From Blastocatellia bacterium (GTDB lineage Bacteria; Acidobacteriota; Blastocatellia; UBA7656), in NCBI GenBank assembly GCA_963804815.1, contig CAWDRU010000002.1, positions 7,126,939-7,190,938 on the forward strand: 64,000 nt of DNA. The letters are read 5' to 3'. Below are positions 18,481 through 27,502 of the stretch, in pieces; the first letter of the stretch is position 1, and each line of letters starts with the position of its first letter. Made by a program: the position numbers and the translations under genes. The notes under the pieces are model-generated. The model was not told the DNA's origin, searched no databases, and saw nothing but the letters and a program-made list of their open reading frames with translations.

Positions 18481-18975
18481 CTACTTCAATCTGCTTAGAA
18501 TTGAGGTCTTCTGATGCGCTCGTTTTAGATCCTCAGTTTGTAGCTGAACATAGATTTGAGTTGTGTTGATTGAGCTATGACCAAGTAAGCAGCGAATCTC
18601 TGAGATGTCGCCTCCTTCACGAATAAAATTTAGACCGAAGTTATGTCTAAGCTGATGAAACAGACGGTACGGAACACCAAGCCGTCTACAAAGCCGTTCC
18701 CAGTCTCGAAGAATGTTTCTATACGAGAGCCGGTTTTCAGTAGAGGTGCAGAAGATATAGTCACTCCTCTTATCGAGTCGCTTTTTGAAATACAGAAACA
18801 GTAGCTTTTTAAGGTCAGAACTGAAGGGTACGATACGCTCTTTACCGCCTTTGCCTTTCACCCTGAGAAGCTGGTTATCAAGGCGAGTCCATTGGTTTTA
18901 AGCGTCAAGACCTCTTCAATTCGACAGCCGGTATCAATCAAAAGACACGCAAGAGCATATAAACGCTCATTCATA
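18481..18975 (-). pseudogene. Tyrosine recombinase/integrase remnant. The N-terminal domain is missing and there is a +1/-1 frameshift near 18862.
   Basis: Upstream frame MNERLYALACLLIDTGCRIEEVLTLKTNGLA (box I Arg region) stops after ...ITSFSG. The other frame continues LDNQLLRVKGKGGKERIVPFSSDL...HQLRHNFGLNFIREGGDISEIRCLLGHSSINTTQIYVQ (catalytic R, H-x-x-R and Y regions). Confidence 0.7.
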
Positions 18976-19002
18976 GAATTCCTTTGGTTTGTGGTGGAGT
19001 AT

Positions 19003-19340
19003 CAGGGCTGTAACAAAGTAGCTTGACAATAGAAAAGAAAGGACCTAACTCGGTAATCTGTAAGTTGCAAGACTATGCAGAACCGGAGGAAGGTCTTTGA
19101 TGAAGTATAACACTGCTTCTGTTTTTGATGAGCCTCTACAATCGAGGGTGTCCGAAATTTTGTGTAAATCGGCTTTTCGACAATCTGATGGAAATATTGT
19201 GTGTGTGTGTAAATGCTATCCTTACGGACTTTGCCGACGTTGAGTGGCTTGATAGTCGAATGAGGCCAAAGGGATTTACACAATCTATCTGACCCCCCCC
19301 CCATCCACTTGAAGGGCTGAAGCTCATCCTACGGCGCTGA
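19003..19340 (+). mobile_element. Miniature (MITE-like) derivative of an ISAs1-family element. It keeps the terminal IR plus the first ~6 codons of the transposase, then a deletion junction and the opposite IR.
   Basis: 19003-19105 matches the reverse complement of 25960-26063 nearly base for base, including the ATGAAGTATA(A/C)CACTG transposase start. The inverted terminus ...AGACTTTGTTACAGCCG lies at about 19322-19338. Confidence 0.55.
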
Positions 19341-19485
19341 ATCAGACTTTGTTACAGCCGTGCCTCCCCCCTCTTATTTGGTTTTAACGAGAAACATGCT
19401 TTTGAGTTCATGACCGAAGTTTCTCCGCTTTCGGCACGGTTACTGGCTACAGGCTGGTTTATGCTCTCTCCTGTTTTAACTCCCT

Positions 19486-20691
19486 AGATGGACGGCACAC
19501 CAAGATAAGGAGGTGAGCCATCAGCAAATGGTATAATTACCGGATACTCAAAACACTTATTTTGTAAGGAGGTCCGGTGCTCTCTAAACAGGATCGTCTT
19601 GAAGCCATGCGCCGCTTCAAGCACAAGAAAACTAAATCTCATGAGCGCTTGCGCTACCACGCCCTGCTGCTCGTCACCGATGACTACTCTTTCCAGCAGA
19701 TCGCTGATCTGCTCTTTGTTGATCCTGAATCGATCTCGCGTTGGATCCAAATCTATCAACGTGACGGGCTCGATGGCTTGAAGAATAACCCACTGTGGGG
19801 CGGGGAGCGGGGACAGCGCTGGCTCAACAATGAGCAGTTGACCCAACTCGGTACGTTGCTCGACCAGGAAGGCATGCCGGGCACGGAGGTGGGCACTGGT
19901 TGGACCGTTCGCGCTATCATCAATCTGGTTCAGGAGCGTTTCTCGATCAGCTACTCTCAGCGCGGTATGCGCAAGATTCTGCGCACCCTGAACTTCAGTA
20001 GCCAGCGCGGTCGCCCGTTCTACAACCGGCGGACGCCCGCAGATCAACAGCGTTTCGAGAAAGAAACCCTTGAAGTTCTCGAAGAATTCGCCGATTCGGG
20101 CAAGCGTTTGATTCCACTGGCGGGCGATCAGACACGAGTCTATCTGGAAGGCACGGTCGGCAAGCGATGGAGTCGGCGCGGCCACCAACCGAAAGTGCCC
20201 TCGGCGTCGCGCCGCAAATACGCCGAGAACATCTAGGGAGCGGTGCACGTGGCAACAGGCGAGGAGGTAGCTCCCTTCTCGATAGATTTTCAGGATGCAG
20301 ATGCGACGATCCGGTGGTTTGAGATGGTGATTGAAGAGAATCCACGAGGGAAGATATTGGTGTGGCTGGACTCTGCACCGCATCTGGTGCACGAAGAGGT
20401 CGACGAGTGGCTTGAGAGGCAACAAAGAATTCGAGTGAAACGCTTCCCACACTACACACCGGAGGAGAATCCAAAAGAAGCGACGTGGAAGACGCTTAAG
20501 CAGGAAGCGAGTGTGCAGGGCTGGCATCCGACGAAAAAGAGTCTGTCGGAAGCGATAGATTGCTTTTATCAGTCGGTCAGACGACATAAGGTGAACTTTC
20601 TGGAGCGGTTCGGTTATGTCTGGAAGAGGGGACGTATCCACCCGCTGCCTCAATTATCATGAGTCGGCATTTTGGTGTGCCGTCCATCTAG
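19486..20691 (+). mobile_element. IS630-family element (copy A) with perfect 20-bp terminal inverted repeats. Its transposase is interrupted by an in-frame TAG.
   Basis: IRL CTAGATGGACGGCACACCAA is at about 19485-19504; IRR TTGGTGTGCCGTCCATCTAG is at about 20672-20691. Confidence 0.75.
19577..20662 (+). pseudogene. IS630-family (DDE_3) transposase with an in-frame amber stop at 20237-20239.
   Basis: ORFs 19577..20236 and 20243..20662 are in the same frame, separated only by TAG (...RKYAENI*GAVHVATGEEV...). HTH N-terminus and DDE C-terminus are typical of IS630/Tc1. Confidence 0.75.
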
Positions 20692-20693
20692 AG

Positions 20694-22082
20694 CATTGGC
20701 ATCTACACATGTTGGCCGGATCAGCCCGTATCATAGCGAGAAAATCCCGGTAGACTGAGACACGCTACTTGTCTGAGTTCATCGACACTGTATCGCTCAA
20801 GCGCATTCAGCACTGCTAGCAGCGTCCATAATCCAGCCAGCATCGCTGAGTCGGTCACTCGGCGGTCACGACGCATCTGTCTGCCACTCAATCGCACCAG
20901 GAGATTACGCGCCTGCTCGCTCTCAGGTGTCTGACCGCGCGCCAACTGCCAGACAACCACTGCCGCCATTGCTGTCACCAATAACCGTTTAGCTATTGCT
21001 TCGGCGCTCTCCTGTTGCCAATGCTCCAAATTATGGCCGCTGGATTTCAACAGCTTAAAGTAACTCTCTATTTTCCACCGCCACACATACCACTGCGCGA
21101 TCTGCTCTGCCGTCACCGTTTCAGGCAAGTTCGTCAGTAGCAGCCACTCCGCATACAACGATTCATCTGGTAAAACGATCCGGCTCACGACAAGCCTCAA
21201 CTGCAAAGCTTTGCCATAGACTCGCTCACGGGGCTGCTTGATGCCGCCCTTTTGTCGATGTGGGAAGGCCGGTCGGGTAATCGTCACCTTCGTTTCAGCC
21301 AGCAGTTGCTGCCCGACAAGTCCGGGCGCAACAGCAATTGCCTGGCCCAGCCGCAATGACAAGCCTGCTGCCACACGGCCCAGTCGCCGCCTCTCTCCTT
21401 CAAACTCCACCTGCGGTACTGCCCGCGCCCGCACAATAAAAGCTTCTCCTTGATCATCCCACTGTCGGTAATGACCAACCGAGTCGGCGGCGCGATCAAT
21501 AAGATGCACGACGGGCTTGGACAACTGCATCTTGCTGATGGTCGCCAGGGTGTCGGTGATTTCATCAAGGTGCGAGCAATCGGCCAATACCGGCGACTGG
21601 CGCGTCGTGTATAAACCATCATTGGCCCACAAGCTAAACGACAGCGGAGAGATGGGTGTGCCGTCACGATCAGATATCAATAAGGCAGTTTGCAAGCTGT
21701 AACCGAGCGAACGCTTATGACAGATGGCCTTGCGGTCGGCTTTACGGGTATGCAGATCGTAATTGAGTTCAGACCAGTCGTGAATAATCAGAGCAAAGTC
21801 GCCGGTTTCGTCTGTAAGCACTCGTTTGGCAGCGGCGATCAGCGGCTCGGCTAATTGAGGAAGCGAAACAGCCGGATTGCTATAAAAACGCCAGGCGGCC
21901 TGAGTGCTGGCGAAAGCAGTACCGGCAGCGGGCAAAGCCCGAAGCCCTGCGGCGACGGCCTGTGTTGGGTTCATCTGCTCGGTCACGAGTTGCTGATAGC
22001 GCCGTTGCAGGCGCAGTTCAAGATTGGGTGTTGCAAACACATTTTATAATATTAGCGTACTCGACATGTGTAGATGCCAATG
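20694..22082 (-). mobile_element. IS4-family insertion sequence, copy 1 (about 1389 bp), with perfect 18-bp terminal IRs and a 9-bp TSD CATCTAGAG.
   Basis: Ends are CATTGGCATCTACACATG ... CATGTGTAGATGCCAATG. Flanking direct repeats catctagag lie at about 20685-20693 and 22083-22091. Inserted at the very tip of the IS630-A right IR. Confidence 0.8.
20721..22040 (-). CDS. IS4-family (DDE_Tnp_1) transposase, intact, GTG start.
   Basis: 439 aa with YVWRWKIESYFKLLKS, the C-terminal IS4 signature (YREK-type). Identical to ORF 31336..32655. Confidence 0.85.
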   Translation of the reverse strand: MFATPNLELRLQRRYQQLVTEQMNPTQAVAAGLRALPAAGTAFASTQAAWRFYSNPAVSLPQLAEPLIAAAKRVLTDETGDFALIIHDWSELNYDLHTRKADRKAICHKRSLGYSLQTALLISDRDGTPISPLSFSLWANDGLYTTRQSPVLADCSHLDEITDTLATISKMQLSKPVVHLIDRAADSVGHYRQWDDQGEAFIVRARAVPQVEFEGERRRLGRVAAGLSLRLGQAIAVAPGLVGQQLLAETKVTITRPAFPHRQKGGIKQPRERVYGKALQLRLVVSRIVLPDESLYAEWLLLTNLPETVTAEQIAQWYVWRWKIESYFKLLKSSGHNLEHWQQESAEAIAKRLLVTAMAAVVVWQLARGQTPESEQARNLLVRLSGRQMRRDRRVTDSAMLAGLWTLLAVLNALERYSVDELRQVACLSLPGFSRYDTG

Positions 22083-22300
22083 CATCTAGAGCTTGGTAAA
22101 AAAATACCCCTTTGGCGTGAGTCCGAGGGGAATACTTTCTGTTGCCAGATTTCTTTCTCTCGGAGCCACACCCAAAGGGTACTATGACTTCTCACGCCGT
22201 AAGTTTCCTTACAGAGCAAGTATAGCAAACTGACAGAATCTGCAAATAGTTAAGCTGGGGATAACTCCACGCTACTCTTTAGACACCGCTCTCGTCGTTA

Positions 22301-22435
22301 TCAGGGTTCTATGTCTTCGTCTCGATCAGAAGGGTACTTAAGAGTCTGACCAGCTTTTACGTTCGTCTTAACTTCAGGAAAGTTTTGGTCTTCAATGTAT
22401 CTCACAAAGAATGGTACTTCGTTTTTAGTATCCAT
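22301..22435 (-). CDS. Small 44-aa acidic peptide (MDTKNEVPFFVRYIEDQNFPEVKTNVKAGQTLKYPSDRDEDIEP). Paralog of the peptide at 43868..44038. Not in the ORF track.
   Basis: About 60% identical to the 43868 peptide. Preceded on the minus strand by GAGG (SD) and a consensus sigma70 promoter: TTGACA - 18 nt - TATCTT. Confidence 0.55.
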   Translation of the reverse strand: MDTKNEVPFFVRYIEDQNFPEVKTNVKAGQTLKYPSDRDEDIEP

Positions 22436-22454
22436 AGTTACCTCTTGGGCAGAA

Positions 22455-22484
22455 AAGATACTCTTTGCATTGATGCAGTGTCAA
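22455..22484 (-). promoter_or_regulatory. Sigma70-type promoter (TTGACA-N18-TATCTT) for the small peptide gene. The spacer holds a TGCATCAATGCA palindrome.
   Basis: Minus-strand reading is TTGACACTGCATCAATGCAAAGAGTATCTT. The -35, the -10 and the TGCATCA spacer core are conserved with 43820-43849. Confidence 0.5.
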
Positions 22485-22602
22485 TCACTTATAGCAAATC
22501 CAGTTTGGCTGTCCCTGTGGATAACATACAGCGTCAAATAGAGATTACTGGGCATATTTATTTTTTTGCTATTTTTCCAGGCGGTTGCTTCGGTCTAAAT
22601 CG

Positions 22603-23817
22603 AAACCTATGAGATTGGCACAGATCAGGTTCTCTCTGATAAATCGATTGTTGCTACACACTCGATTTGTCTCGGAGAACAAGCTGTGCCCAACTCGACC
22701 ATACTTGACCTTCCGCAACCTCAGCAAGAACAGATGCTTTCTCAAATCCGTCAAGCCCGTTACGGTTACTTGCTCGCGCTGCACGTCCTTCTGCTTTGTG
22801 CCCCTGGCCGCACGCCTACCGAGATCGCTGCCTTCTTGTTCTGCTCGCCTTCTTCGGTCTATCGCATCGTCTCGGCTTATCACTGTCAGTCGCTCGGCTT
22901 TGCCTTCACTGAGGATGGCCAACCTCAACCTCCTGTGCCAACCTCTTGTCTGTCGCCTTCCTTGCGACGCTCCTTACTGGCATTGCTCAAAGCCGCGCCT
23001 CACGCCTTCGGTTGGTGTCGCACGCGCTGGAGTTGCGCAACTCTGGCTGCACAACTCAAAGTCAATCGTGGCATCACCGCCTCTGCCGATACCACCCGTC
23101 GCTGGTTGCATCAACTCGGCTGGGTTTGGAAGCGGGCCAAGCTCATCACTAAAGATGATGATCCGCAACGGGTCGAGAAGTTGGCACGAATTCGCTGGAT
23201 CTTTGAGCATATAAGCGCGAAACAACTCCTACTGTTTGCTGATGAACTCGACATCCACTTGTTGCCAAAAGTTGGCTATCAGTGGATGGAGAAAGGCAGC
23301 CAACTTGAAGTCTGCACGCCGGGTACAAATGAGAAGGACTATCTGGCCGGAGCTCTTGATATAGTCACAGGCCGTATGTTGCACTGCGTCTGGTTTCGCA
23401 AAACCAGCGGCCTGTTCATTGATCTGCTCAAGGTCATTGACCGAACCTACTCGGCCTATCAGTATACGAATATCTTCGTGGTTGTGGACAATTACAAAAT
23501 CCACAAAGCTAAGGCGGTCGAGCAATGGCTTCTGAGGCATCCACGAATAGAGTTGATATATCTAGCCGACCTACTGCCCGAAAGCCAATCCTATAGAGCG
23601 AGCCTTTGGAGATGTGCATGATAAATGCACGCGCAATCACAAGCGAAAGCGACTGCGGGATTTGGTTGGAGATGTGATCAAGCATTTGCGAGTCAATGGC
23701 CCGTGGAAATACAAGCTGTCTGAAATCTACTACATAGTAGAAGTCACAGCAGCGGTTGAAAAGATGGCTGCTGATGAAAGGTTAAAGGCTGCCGCTTGAG
23801 TGTCCCAATCTCACGCG
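22603..23817 (+). mobile_element. IS630-family element (copy B, different lineage from copy A). Its transposase is frameshifted by a 1-bp insertion near the C-terminus.
   Basis: Terminal inverted repeats about CTATGAGATTGGCACA ... GTGTCCCAATCTCAC. The transposase frame switches at about 23570: ...IELIYL then (+1) PTYCPKANPIERAFGDVHDKCTRNHKRKRL... Confidence 0.65.
22686..23799 (+). pseudogene. IS630-family transposase, frameshifted (ORFs 22686..23621 and 23614..23799).
   Basis: The DDE_3 C-terminus ...VVVDNYKIHKAKAVEQWL... continues in the +1 frame after a single inserted G in ctaGccgacctac. Confidence 0.7.
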
Positions 23818-23962
23818 GCCTGATTTAGTGCAGCCGCACATCATAGCGATGCAGCAAAGCAGGAGAATAGGCAACAGGTTATAGGGTTTACCTTTAGCTT
23901 GTCTAAAATCGGGAAGAAGTGATAAAGCTTGAGCAAGAGAAGGCACAGAAGTGCTCATAGGC
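23818..23962 (-). pseudogene. N-terminal fragment of a second ISAs1-family transposase, truncated by IS630-B.
   Basis: Minus-strand translation MSTSVPSLAQALSLLPDFRQAKGKPYNLLPILLLCCIAMMCGC... matches the DDE_Tnp_1-associated N-terminus of ISAs1-family transposases. It runs into the IS630-B right IR. Confidence 0.45.
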
Positions 23963-23964
23963 GT

Positions 23965-25154
23965 TCCTCCTAAGAAATTGATGTGTCAACCTCATTCTAC
24001 AGAGGAACGCCTCTTTCTCGCAGACAATGAATAGACCTTGCGGGATGGCTGAGGCCATTGGCAGTCTCCTGAATGCCGCAATGCTGTTTGAACGCGAGCG
24101 TTTCTTGAACGCTGCTCCTTATGAGCGCACCCAGGACCGTCGCGACTACTCTAACGGCTTCAAGGCAAAGCGGCTGCGCACGAGAGTCGGCGACCTCGAC
24201 TTGCGCATTCCACAAGTGCGCAACTCAGACTTCTATCCCCAAGCTCTTGAACGCGGCACTCGCTCAGAGCGCGCTTTGAAACTCTCACTGGCCGAGATGT
24301 AGGTGCAGGGAGTTTCGACTCGCAAGGTCAAAGCCATCACTGAGAAGCTGTGCGGCTTTGAAGTCACATCCGCCCAGGTCTCACGAGCAACTGCCGAGTT
24401 GAATGAACATTTCAAGCAATGGCGAGAGCGTCGGCTGGGGCCTATGCCTTACCGGCAAGTCGATGCCCGCTACGAACATGTTCGTGAGGGCGGGCTGGTC
24501 ATAGACGAAGCCGTTTTCACTGCTATTGGCATTGATCTTGAAGGCCGCCGTGAAGTGATAGGCACGAGCATCAGCCGAAGTGAGGCGGAAGTCCATTGGC
24601 GAGAGTTTCTACAGAGGCTTGTCGGGCGCGGGTTGAGCGGATTGGAGTTAATAACGAGTGACGCGCACTCAGGACTTGAGGCCACGCGCAAGGCAGTGTT
24701 GCCGAGCGTGCCCTGGCAGCGGTGTCAATTTCATCTGCAACAGAATGCTACCCAGTATGTGGTGAGAGTAGAGCAGCGAAAAGAGGTGGCGGCGGATATA
24801 AGAGCAATCTTCAACGCGCCTAATCGCAATGAGGCAGAGCGGTTGCTGGCAGCGGCGGTGAAGAAGTATAGCCAGAGCGCGCCGCGACTGAGCGTGTGGA
24901 TGGAAGAAAATCTGGAGCAGGGGCTAACAGTAATGAGTTTCCCTGCCGAGCATCAGAAGCAGCTGAGAACGACGAACCTGTGCGAGCGAGTAAATCGAGA
25001 GATAAAGCGGCGGACGAGAGTGGTGAGCATATTCCCGAATGCGCGATCACTAGAGAGGCTGGTGACGGCAGTGTTGATGGAGATAAGTGAGGACTGGCAG
25101 AGTGGTGCTCGCTACTTGACGATGACTTGAATTGGTTTCTTGTGAGGAGTGAAT
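23965..25154 (+). mobile_element. IS256-family element. Ends are approximate. The transposase is interrupted by an in-frame TAG.
   Basis: A Mutator-type transposase occupies 24027..25130. Putative imperfect terminal repeats lie about 23965-23990 and 25131-25157. It abuts or truncates the ISAs1 transposase at 25155. Confidence 0.55.
24027..25130 (+). pseudogene. IS256-family transposase with an amber stop at 24300-24302, where the conserved Tyr of EMY-x-GVSTRKV is expected.
   Basis: ORFs 24027..24302 and 24303..25130 are in the same frame (...LKLSLAEM*VQGVSTRKVKAITE...). The DDE and CxxH region ...PWQRCQFHLQQNA... is present. Confidence 0.75.
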
Positions 25155-26063
25155 TTACAGAAATAACATTGCACTATCCTGCTCAAAACGTCCGTGCTGC
25201 TTGTCTAGACTCTCGGCTCGCTCGAAATCATTACCGATGACCTTGAGGCGCGTATAGCCTCCTTCTATCTCAAACAGCGCGGCTATATCTGAACGCAGGC
25301 TGGCCTGGTTACCTTTCACTGTCCAGAGGTAATCTCCACCAGCTTCTACGACCAGTCGAGAGAGCTTACGTTGCGCAAACATAGCGTCGCCGGTAACGAC
25401 TTTTCCCTGCAAATCTATGCTTTTGAGCAGGCGGGGGGCGACCACCACTTCATTCTCTTTAGAGCCTACCTCCATCTGCATCCTGCATCAGCACGATTCC
25501 TTTATCCGGTAAGTGGGCTGCGAGTAAGTGCAAGCCTTGCTTTTGGCCAGCCCTTATCGTGCCTCTGAGCGCCTTCCCATCCAGGTTGATCTCTACGGCT
25601 TGCCCCGCATCAGGATCAGAGAGCAGGAAACGGCTGACGGCCTGTTGTAGTTGCTCAACATCAACTGCCTTTCCCAGTATTCTAGAATAGGTAATCGGAT
25701 GGGGCACGGTGTCGCGATCAAAGCCGAGAGTTTCACGTAGAAGTTCTTTGCGCAACTCTATCCACTGAACAATGCCGCGAGGTTCCTGCTCGCCAGCGAG
25801 TTTAGCTAGAATGACGAAGACCAAAGCTAAAGCGAGGGGGTAGCGAATCCCGTGTGGGTCACGGCGGTCATTGAGCTTATCGAGATGCTCATAGAGACTG
25901 CCGACATCAAAGAAGAAAGCTTCATCAATATCCTCAGGCAAAAAGGCAGCAGTGGTATACTTCATTGAGACCTTCCTCCGGTTCTGTTTAGTCTTGCAAC
26001 TTACAGATTAACCGGGTTAGGTCCTTCTTTTTAATTGTCAACCTACTTTGTTACAGCCCTGAT
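25155..26063 (-). mobile_element. ISAs1-family element. This is the right-hand portion, with a terminal IR at 26043-26063. The transposase is frameshifted and C-terminally truncated by the IS256 insertion.
   Basis: Transposase ORFs 25459..25965 (MKYTTAAFLPEDIDEAFFFDVGSLYEHLDKLNDRRDPHGIRYPLA...) and 25155..25481 read as one gene with a frameshift near 25470. Terminal sequence CTACTTTGTTACAGCCCTGAT. Confidence 0.6.
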
Positions 26064-26197
26064 GTTGGAACCGTATTCGTTTTTGAATCTGAATCGTTGT
26101 CGAATAGAAACATTTAAGTTTTCTGCATGGTTTTAGAAATCTTTTCCGTCTTATCCAAATGGGGGAAATCCAATAACAAAATTATAAGGAGAAAAGC

Positions 26198-26947
26198 ATG
26201 CATCGTTTCATGCCTTTCAATAGAGCACTGCTCTGTGCTCTCATCGCCCCCCTTCTACTATCGGCTGCTTCGACTGCACTTGCGCAGCAGAGCCGCCCAC
26301 GGTTTACAAAAGCTTTCGTAGTCGATGACAGATTATCTGCGCTCAGGCACAACGCCGATGTGAAATCGCCAGTTATTCACAGGCTTCGCATCGGACGACC
26401 TGTCTTCATTTTTGCATCAAAGACCGATGGCTCCAACCCCGCAGGATTTTATCGCGTTGCTGTGTCGCGCAGGACTCGCGGATGGATTCACGCAGCCGCG
26501 CTTGCTGTGGTGGGGCGAGCGGGCGAAGATGATCGTTTCATGAAACTCATTCAAAATACCGGCGACGGCATAGATCGAATAATGCTGTGTCGGCTCTTTC
26601 TCGAACACTTCAATCGCTCTGCTCTCGCTCCGCGCGCGTTGCTTGCAATCGGAGAAGAAGCCGATCAGGCAGCAGCGGCGCTCACTCGTTACGCGCGCAA
26701 GAGACTCAAAGAACTCGATGAGAAAAACGGCAACGCAAGCCTTCGCGATTATTACCTGAATGACCCGGGACTGGATCGTTACAGCAAACTGCAAGTCGCC
26801 TTTGACTTCAAAGATTCAACAGCCGAATACAGCTATGACGGCAAGTCGTATCGCGAAATCATACGACGTTTTCCCGACAGCAAAGAGGCGCAGATTGCTC
26901 GCGCGCGACTTGACCGCGCGGGCGGGCGACTGGCCCGACAGAAATAG
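26198..26947 (+). CDS. Secreted hypothetical protein.
   Basis: 249 aa with signal peptide ALLCALIAPLLLSAASTALAQQ. Confidence 0.5.
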   Translation: MHRFMPFNRALLCALIAPLLLSAASTALAQQSRPRFTKAFVVDDRLSALRHNADVKSPVIHRLRIGRPVFIFASKTDGSNPAGFYRVAVSRRTRGWIHAAALAVVGRAGEDDRFMKLIQNTGDGIDRIMLCRLFLEHFNRSALAPRALLAIGEEADQAAAALTRYARKRLKELDEKNGNASLRDYYLNDPGLDRYSKLQVAFDFKDSTAEYSYDGKSYREIIRRFPDSKEAQIARARLDRAGGRLARQK

Positions 26948-27178
26948 AGCAGCCCGCAGGAAACGATGAATGATGAACGCGCATTGAGAATAAAGCGGGC
27001 GCTGTCTTTCATCACTCATCATTCATCGTTTCTTTTCATTCTCAAAGCCCTCTGCAATCTTTCAGTTAAACGCTTTCTGCTTCTTGCAAATCCTGTCAGT
27101 TTCAGTTTAGATATTTTCGTGCGATATCCACAGTATGGCGGTAGAAAACGTCTTACGATGACGGAGGAATAGAGGAAC

Positions 27179-27355
27179 ATGCCAAGAGGAACGTGTCCCG
27201 AATGCGACGAGGACGTCCAGGTCGATGAAGATACCGATAAGGGCGATGTCGTCGAATGTGAAGCTTGCGGTACGCAACTGGAAGTCGTTGGCCTTGACCC
27301 AATCGAGCTTGATGTGGCAGTGGAAGAAGAAGAAGAAGATTGGACTGAGACTTAG
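27179..27355 (+). CDS. lysW: LysW-like amino-group carrier protein: a 58-aa zinc ribbon with an acidic EDWTE C-terminus.
   Basis: Translation is MPRGTCPECDEDVQVDEDTDKGDVVECEACGTQLEVVGLDPIELDVAVEEEEEDWTET. Matches LysW/ArgW features: CPEC...C..CG...LEVVGLDP..L and a terminal E-rich tail ending EDWxE. GGAGGAATAGAGGAAC sits upstream. Not in the ORF track because it is under 60 aa. Confidence 0.55.
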   Translation: MPRGTCPECDEDVQVDEDTDKGDVVECEACGTQLEVVGLDPIELDVAVEEEEEDWTET

Positions 27356-27502
27356 CGCAAGCCGCGCCGCGATCATGCAGCAATCAGCATAACCATGGAT
27401 TTGAATGTAGAGGCCACCTTGCACAGGTGGCTTCTATATTGTGAGTGCGTTGAAGGCGGATTGCCTGATAAAGGCGCGCTAACTCTCAATCCTAAAGGCC
27501 GG

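Noticed and set aside
19484-20653. 389-aa minus-strand ORF spanning IS630-A.
   Set aside because: It is antisense to a transposase with clear family motifs on the plus strand. A long GC-rich shadow ORF.
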